A stretch of DNA of 64,000 bases from positions 320,001 to 384,000 of the forward strand of contig OY969696.1 of NCBI GenBank assembly GCA_963702005.1. The letters are read 5' to 3'. Below the pieces are notes generated by a model that was not told the origin of the DNA, ran no database searches, and was given only the letters and a program-made list of their open reading frames with translations. The position numbers and the translations under genes were made by a program. Shown here piece after piece: positions 59,127-64,000 of this stretch (positions within the stretch are counted from its first letter, which is position 1; every line of letters begins with the position of its first letter). The DNA comes from Candidatus Aminicenantes bacterium (GTDB lineage: Bacteria > Acidobacteriota > Aminicenantia > Aminicenantales > JAFGBC01).

Positions 59127-60935
59127 ATGATGCCAATTCAAACCATCATCACCCGCTACCGGAAGGACCCGACCCGGCTCATCGACATCCTCCGCGAGGT
59201 CCAGGCCGATCGGGGCTGCATCGACCGAGACAGCCGGGCCGAGATCGGCGGCGCCCTGGGCCTGTCCGAGGTCGAGGTCGAGGGCGTCGTCAGCTTCTAC
59301 CATTTCTTCTCCCGGACGCCCGTCGGCCGCTATGCCGTCTACCTGAATAATTCCATCATGTCCCAGATGAAGGGCCGGGCCGCAGTCGCCCGGACCTTCG
59401 AGAGGGAAGCCGGCTGCCGTTTCGGATCCGTAAGCCCCGATGGCCTCATCGGCCTCCATGACGCCTCTTGCCTGGGCATGAGCGATCAAGAGCCTTCGGC
59501 CATCATCAACGGCGTTATTTTCACGCGTCTGACGCCGACGAGGGTCCGGTCGCTCGTCCTGGGAATGAAATTGGGACGGAAGGCCCAGGACCTCGTGACC
59601 GAATACGGGGATGGGGCCAACCAATCCTCGCTGATCAAGGCCATGGTCTCCAATAATATCCGGAAGAAAGGGCCGATCCTATTCGGCCCCTACGATTCCG
59701 GAGTCGCGATCCGGAGAGCCCTCTCCCGGAGTCCAGAGGAGATCGTGGCGGAAATCAAGAACGCAGGCCTCCTGGGCAGGGGAGGGGCGGGCTTCCCGAC
59801 CGGTCTTAAGTGGGACCTTTGCCGGAGGCAAAAAAGCGGCCGCCACTACGTCGTCGGCAACGCCGATGAGGGCGAACCGGGGACGTTCAAGGACCGCGTC
59901 ATTCTGACCGAGCTCCCGCGTCTCCTTTTCGAGGGCATGAGCATCGCCGGCTACGCAATCGGCGCGGCCGAAGGGATTCTCTACCTCCGAGCCGAATATG
60001 CTTATCTCCGCGATTATCTGGAAAGCGTTTTGGAAGCCCTCCGCGCCGAGAATCTCTTGGGAAAAGACATCGCCAATCATCCCGGATTCCATTTCGACAT
60101 CACCATAAAAAGCGGCGCCGGAGCCTACGTCTGCGGCGAGGAATCGGGACTCCTCCAATCGGCCGAAGGAAAAAGGGGGGAGCCCCGGAACCGCCCCCCC
60201 TTCCCGGTTGAGACCGGATATCTCAACGAGTCGACCACGGTCAACAACGTGGAGACGCTCTGCGCAGCCGCCCTGATTATCGCTCACGGAGCCCCCTGGT
60301 TCCGTTCCCTGGGAACCTCCCGGTCGACCGGCACTAAGCTCCTCAGCGTTTCTGGAGATTGCGAACGACCCGGCATTTACGAAGTCGAATTTGGGCTGAC
60401 CATCCAGGAACTCCTCGACATGGCCGGCTCGAAAGACGCCTATGCCGTCCAGGTTGGAGGTCCGTCGGGGACATGCGTCGCCCGGCCGGACTTCTGCCGG
60501 AAGATATGCTTCGAAGACCTTCCCACCGGTGGATCGGTCATCATTTTCGGCCCCTGGCGCGACCTCTTCGAAATCGTCCAGAACTTCATGGATTTCTTCA
60601 TCGAGGAATCCTGCGGCTGGTGCACGCCCTGCCGCGTCGGCAACGCCCTTCTCAAGGGAAAACTCGAAAAGATCATCGCCGGCCGAGGGACGGAAGACGA
60701 CTTAAGGGAGATGGAAAACTGGGGCCGGCTCATTAAAGCCTTCAGCCGCTGCGGTCTCGGTCAGACCTCCCCCAATCCCATCCTGACAACGCTCCAGGGT
60801 TTTCGGGAACACTACATGAAAGTCCTCCGGAAAGATGCCCCCTTCGTCCCTGACTTCGACCTCGGCGCTGCGACGCTCGAAGCCGCTCTCGCCACGAATC
60901 GCCCCCCTATATTAGAGGAGGCCTCTCATGAGTGA
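59127..60935 (+). CDS. hoxF: NAD-reducing hydrogenase diaphorase subunit (NuoE/NuoF-like fusion)
   Basis: GVVSFYHFF, GRGGAGFPTG.KW, NADEGEPGTFKDR, GAGAYVCGEES, ESCGWCTPCR.G, SRCGLG. Confidence 0.92.
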   Translation: MMPIQTIITRYRKDPTRLIDILREVQADRGCIDRDSRAEIGGALGLSEVEVEGVVSFYHFFSRTPVGRYAVYLNNSIMSQMKGRAAVARTFEREAGCRFGSVSPDGLIGLHDASCLGMSDQEPSAIINGVIFTRLTPTRVRSLVLGMKLGRKAQDLVTEYGDGANQSSLIKAMVSNNIRKKGPILFGPYDSGVAIRRALSRSPEEIVAEIKNAGLLGRGGAGFPTGLKWDLCRRQKSGRHYVVGNADEGEPGTFKDRVILTELPRLLFEGMSIAGYAIGAAEGILYLRAEYAYLRDYLESVLEALRAENLLGKDIANHPGFHFDITIKSGAGAYVCGEESGLLQSAEGKRGEPRNRPPFPVETGYLNESTTVNNVETLCAAALIIAHGAPWFRSLGTSRSTGTKLLSVSGDCERPGIYEVEFGLTIQELLDMAGSKDAYAVQVGGPSGTCVARPDFCRKICFEDLPTGGSVIIFGPWRDLFEIVQNFMDFFIEESCGWCTPCRVGNALLKGKLEKIIAGRGTEDDLREMENWGRLIKAFSRCGLGQTSPNPILTTLQGFREHYMKVLRKDAPFVPDFDLGAATLEAALATNRPPILEEASHE

Positions 60936-61623
60936 GCTGATGTTCACGATCGACGGAAAGCCTTGCGGGGCCAAAGCGGGCCAGACCATCGTCGAAGCCG
61001 CCCGGGCCAACGGCATCTACATTCCCGTGCTCTGTTATTGTGAAGGGCTGAAGCCCGCCGGCAGCTGCCGGGTCTGCACGGTCAGGGTCGGCGGGCGATT
61101 CATGGCGGCCTGCACCCAGCCCGTCGCCGAGGGCATGGTCGTGGAGAACGCGGTGCCCGACCTTGAGGACATGCGGAGGGCTATCATCGAGATGCTCTTT
61201 GTCGAGGGAAACCACATGTGCCCGACCTGCGAGAAGAGCGGCAACTGCGAACTCCAAGCCCTGGCTTACCGCTTCAAGATGATGGCCCCCCGTTTCCCCT
61301 TCCAATGGCCCCGGCGCCAGACCGACGGCTCCCTTCCCAAGATCATCATGGAGCATAATCGCTGCATCCAGTGCCGACGCTGTGTCCGGGCCGTCCAAGC
61401 CGGGGACGGCCGATCCGTCTTCAGCGTCCACAACCGGTCCCGTAAGGCCCTTTTAGCCGTCGATCCCGAGCTGGCCGCCAAGCTCGACGACGAAACGGCC
61501 CGAAAGGCCATGGACGTCTGTCCGGTCGGGGCCATCCTCCGTAAGGAAGTCGGCTTCGCCGTCCCGATCGGGCGCCGCAAGTTCGACCACGCCCCGATCG
61601 GAAGCGATATCGAGACGAAATGA
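60928..61623 (+). CDS. hoxU: NAD-reducing hydrogenase Fe-S subunit
   Basis: IPVLC..GSCRVC..AAC, H.CPTCEKSGNCELQ, RCIQCRRCVR, CPVGA. Confidence 0.92.
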   Translation: MSELMFTIDGKPCGAKAGQTIVEAARANGIYIPVLCYCEGLKPAGSCRVCTVRVGGRFMAACTQPVAEGMVVENAVPDLEDMRRAIIEMLFVEGNHMCPTCEKSGNCELQALAYRFKMMAPRFPFQWPRRQTDGSLPKIIMEHNRCIQCRRCVRAVQAGDGRSVFSVHNRSRKALLAVDPELAAKLDDETARKAMDVCPVGAILRKEVGFAVPIGRRKFDHAPIGSDIETK

Positions 61624-61632
61624 GGCCGGACC

Positions 61633-62175
61633 ATGACTAAACCCGTCATTGCGACCGCGTCCCTAGCCGGCTGTTTCGGCTGCCACATGTCCTTCCTGGA
61701 CATCGACGAGCGGATCCTCAAGCTCATCGAGCTCGTCGAATTCCATAAGTCCCCGATCGATGACATCAAGACCTTCCAGAAGCCCTGCGACATCGGCCTC
61801 ATCGAGGGCGGCTGCTGCAACAGCGAGAACGTCGAAGTCCTCCGCTCTTTCCGGAAGAACTGCAAGATCCTGGTCTCGGTCGGGGAGTGCGCCATCATGG
61901 GCGGCCTGCCCGCCATGCGGAATGCCATTCCGATCAAGGACTGCCTGGAAGAGGCCTACCTTCACTCGCCGACGACCGAGGGCAACACGATCATCCCCAA
62001 CGACAAGGAGCTCCCCCTCATCCTGGACAAAGTCTATCCCTGCCATGAGATCGTCAAGGTCGACGCCTTCCTCCCCGGCTGCCCGCCTTCGGCCGACCTG
62101 ATCTGGGAAGCCTTGAACGCCCTCGTCGAGGGCCGTCCCCTCAACCTAACCTACGACCTCATCAAATTCGACTGA
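61633..62175 (+). CDS. hoxY: [NiFe]-hydrogenase small subunit (group 3d)
   Basis: LAGCFGCHMS.LD.DE, GECA..GG, LPGCPP; short one-cluster subunit. Confidence 0.93.
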   Translation: MTKPVIATASLAGCFGCHMSFLDIDERILKLIELVEFHKSPIDDIKTFQKPCDIGLIEGGCCNSENVEVLRSFRKNCKILVSVGECAIMGGLPAMRNAIPIKDCLEEAYLHSPTTEGNTIIPNDKELPLILDKVYPCHEIVKVDAFLPGCPPSADLIWEALNALVEGRPLNLTYDLIKFD

Positions 62176-62187
62176 AGGACCGACGTT

Positions 62188-63636
62188 ATGGCCAAGAAAA
62201 TCACGATCGAGCCCGTGACCCGGGTCGAAGGCCACGGAAAGGTCACCATCCACCTCGACGACCGGGGCCGGCTCAGCCAGTCCCGCTTCCACGTCGTCGA
62301 GTTCCGGGGCTTCGAACGCTTCGTCCAGGGGCGGCCCTACTGGGAAGCCCCCGTCCTCGTCCAGAGGCTGTGCGGGATCTGCCCCGTCAGCCACCATCTG
62401 GCGGCCGCCAAGGCCATGGACATCATCGTCGGTGCCGACCCGGACCGCCTCCCGGCGACGGCGCACAAGATGCGCCGCCTCATGCACTACGGGCAGATGC
62501 TCCAATCCCACGCCCTCCATTTCTTCCATCTCGTCTCTCCCGACCTCCTATTCGGTGTCGACGCCGACCCGGCCATTCGCAACATCGTCGGCGTCGCCCT
62601 CAAGCATAAGGACCTGGCCGTCCGGGGCGTCCTGCTCAGAAAATTCGGCCAAGAGATCATCCTGGCCACGGCCGGCAAGAAGATCCACGGCACGGGCGCC
62701 GTTCCGGGCGGCATCAACAAGAACCTGAGCCCCGAGGAGAGGGATTCCTTCCTCAAGGGCCCGGCCCCCCTCAACGCCGACACCATGATCGACTGGGCCC
62801 AAGGGGCCCTCGATTTCTTCAAGTCCTACCACAAGAAAAACCGGACCTTCATCGACGGCTTCGCCGCTTTCCCCTCGAATCACCTGAGCCTCGTCCGCAA
62901 GGACGGCGCGCTCGATTTCTACCACGGCGTCCTCCGGGCCGTCGACGCGAACGGAGATAAGGTCCTGGACGACGTCGACTACCGCGATTATCTCCGCTAC
63001 ATCGCCGAAGAGGTCCGGACCTGGAGCTATATGAAGTTCCCCTACCTCAAGTCGCTCGGGAAGGACAAGGGCTGGTACCGGGTCGGGCCGCTGGCGCGCC
63101 TCAGCACCTGCGACTTCATCCCCTCGCCCCGGGCCCAGAAGGAATTCGAGGAGTACCGGGCCTACACGCACGGCAAACCCAACTCGATGTCCCTCCACTC
63201 CCACTGGGCGCGCCTCATCGAACTCCTCCACTCCGCCGAGGTCGTCAAGGAGCTTCTCCTCGACAAGGACCTCCAGGGGACGACGCTGACCTACCGGGGC
63301 CCAAAGAGGGGCGAGGGCATCGGGCTGATCGAGGCGCCCCGAGGAACGCTCTTCCATCACTATCGCGTCGACGCCAACGACCAGATCACGATGGCCAACC
63401 TGATCGTCTCGACGACCAACAATAACGAGCCGATGAACCGGGCCGTCCACTGGGTCGCCCAGAACGTCCTCTCCGAAAAGCCCGCAATCACAGAGGGTAT
63501 GCTGAACCAGGTCGAGGTCGCCATCCGCGCCTACGATCCCTGCCTGAGCTGCGCGACCCACGCTGTGGGGTCCATGCCGCTCGAGGTCTCGATCGTCGAT
63601 CCGCGGGGCCGGGTATTGGATTGCCGAAGGCGATAG
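62188..63636 (+). CDS. hoxH: [NiFe]-hydrogenase large subunit (group 3d)
   Basis: PVTRVEGHGK, L1 RLCGICPVSH, EAPRGTLFH, L2 DPCLSCATH plus cleavable C-terminal tail. Confidence 0.95.
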   Translation: MAKKITIEPVTRVEGHGKVTIHLDDRGRLSQSRFHVVEFRGFERFVQGRPYWEAPVLVQRLCGICPVSHHLAAAKAMDIIVGADPDRLPATAHKMRRLMHYGQMLQSHALHFFHLVSPDLLFGVDADPAIRNIVGVALKHKDLAVRGVLLRKFGQEIILATAGKKIHGTGAVPGGINKNLSPEERDSFLKGPAPLNADTMIDWAQGALDFFKSYHKKNRTFIDGFAAFPSNHLSLVRKDGALDFYHGVLRAVDANGDKVLDDVDYRDYLRYIAEEVRTWSYMKFPYLKSLGKDKGWYRVGPLARLSTCDFIPSPRAQKEFEEYRAYTHGKPNSMSLHSHWARLIELLHSAEVVKELLLDKDLQGTTLTYRGPKRGEGIGLIEAPRGTLFHHYRVDANDQITMANLIVSTTNNNEPMNRAVHWVAQNVLSEKPAITEGMLNQVEVAIRAYDPCLSCATHAVGSMPLEVSIVDPRGRVLDCRRR

Positions 63637-64000
63637 CCCCGTCACGAAAAACCGGAGCGGGGGCGAAGGCCCTTGTCTTCGGCATCGGGAACCCCGGGCG
63701 CCGTGACGACGGCCTGGGCCCGCGTTTCATCGACCGTTTGCGCGCCCTGAACCTCCCGGGCGTCGTGACCGACGCCAACTACCAGCTCCAGGTCGAGGAC
63801 GCCTTGACGGTCTCCCGCTTCGAGCGGGTCGTGTTCGTGGACGCGGCGCGGACGATCGCCGTCCCTTTCTTCATCAGCGAGGTCGCGCCCCGCGCGGAAT
63901 TCGCCTTCACGACCCACGCCCTTACGCCCGGAACCGTCCTTGCTCTCAGCCGGGAGCTCTACCGCAAAACACCAAGAACCCATCTCCTGGCCATCCGGGG
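63621..64000 (+). CDS. hoxW: Hydrogenase maturation protease (runs off window)
   Basis: Manual translation ALVFGIGNPGRRDDGLG..YQLQVEDA..VVFVDA..FTTHAL.P; start codon uncertain. Confidence 0.85.
   Translation, partial: MPKAIAPSRKTGAGAKALVFGIGNPGRRDDGLGPRFIDRLRALNLPGVVTDANYQLQVEDALTVSRFERVVFVDAARTIAVPFFISEVAPRAEFAFTTHALTPGTVLALSRELYRKTPRTHLLAIR

Overview
GC-rich bacterial chromosomal window, mostly housekeeping genes. Gene content (diderm envelope genes, eukaryote-type citrate synthase, HoxFUYH hydrogenase, HisKA_2 kinases) suggests an anaerobe of the Acidobacteriota/Aminicenantia type; this is inference. It carries xerD, an ECF sigma/anti-sigma cluster, an rplM-rpsI-rpsB-tsf-pyrH-frr operon, der, tmRNA, four tRNAs (Asp, Val, Glu, Lys), murA/murB, ligA, a two-gene NAD synthetase, rplU-rpmA-obgE-nadD-rsfS-rlmH, a duplicated kinase/c-di-GMP module and a group 3d [NiFe]-hydrogenase operon. 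Two AT-richer accessory patches are present. One is a decayed islet 3' of tRNA-Asp (about 22981-27399) with pseudogenes, nfi and an IS91-like remnant. The other is an AT-rich Zn-ribbon/PIN-like gene beside hicAB (about 30601-32720). The most unusual signal is a small non-coding palindromic element in three copies (2777-2859, 14400-14512, 49045-49127). Each copy is bounded by TTGAC at both ends, and its downstream TTGAC is the -35 box of a predicted sigma70 promoter with an exact 17-bp spacer. All calls come from reading motifs by eye; no searches were run.
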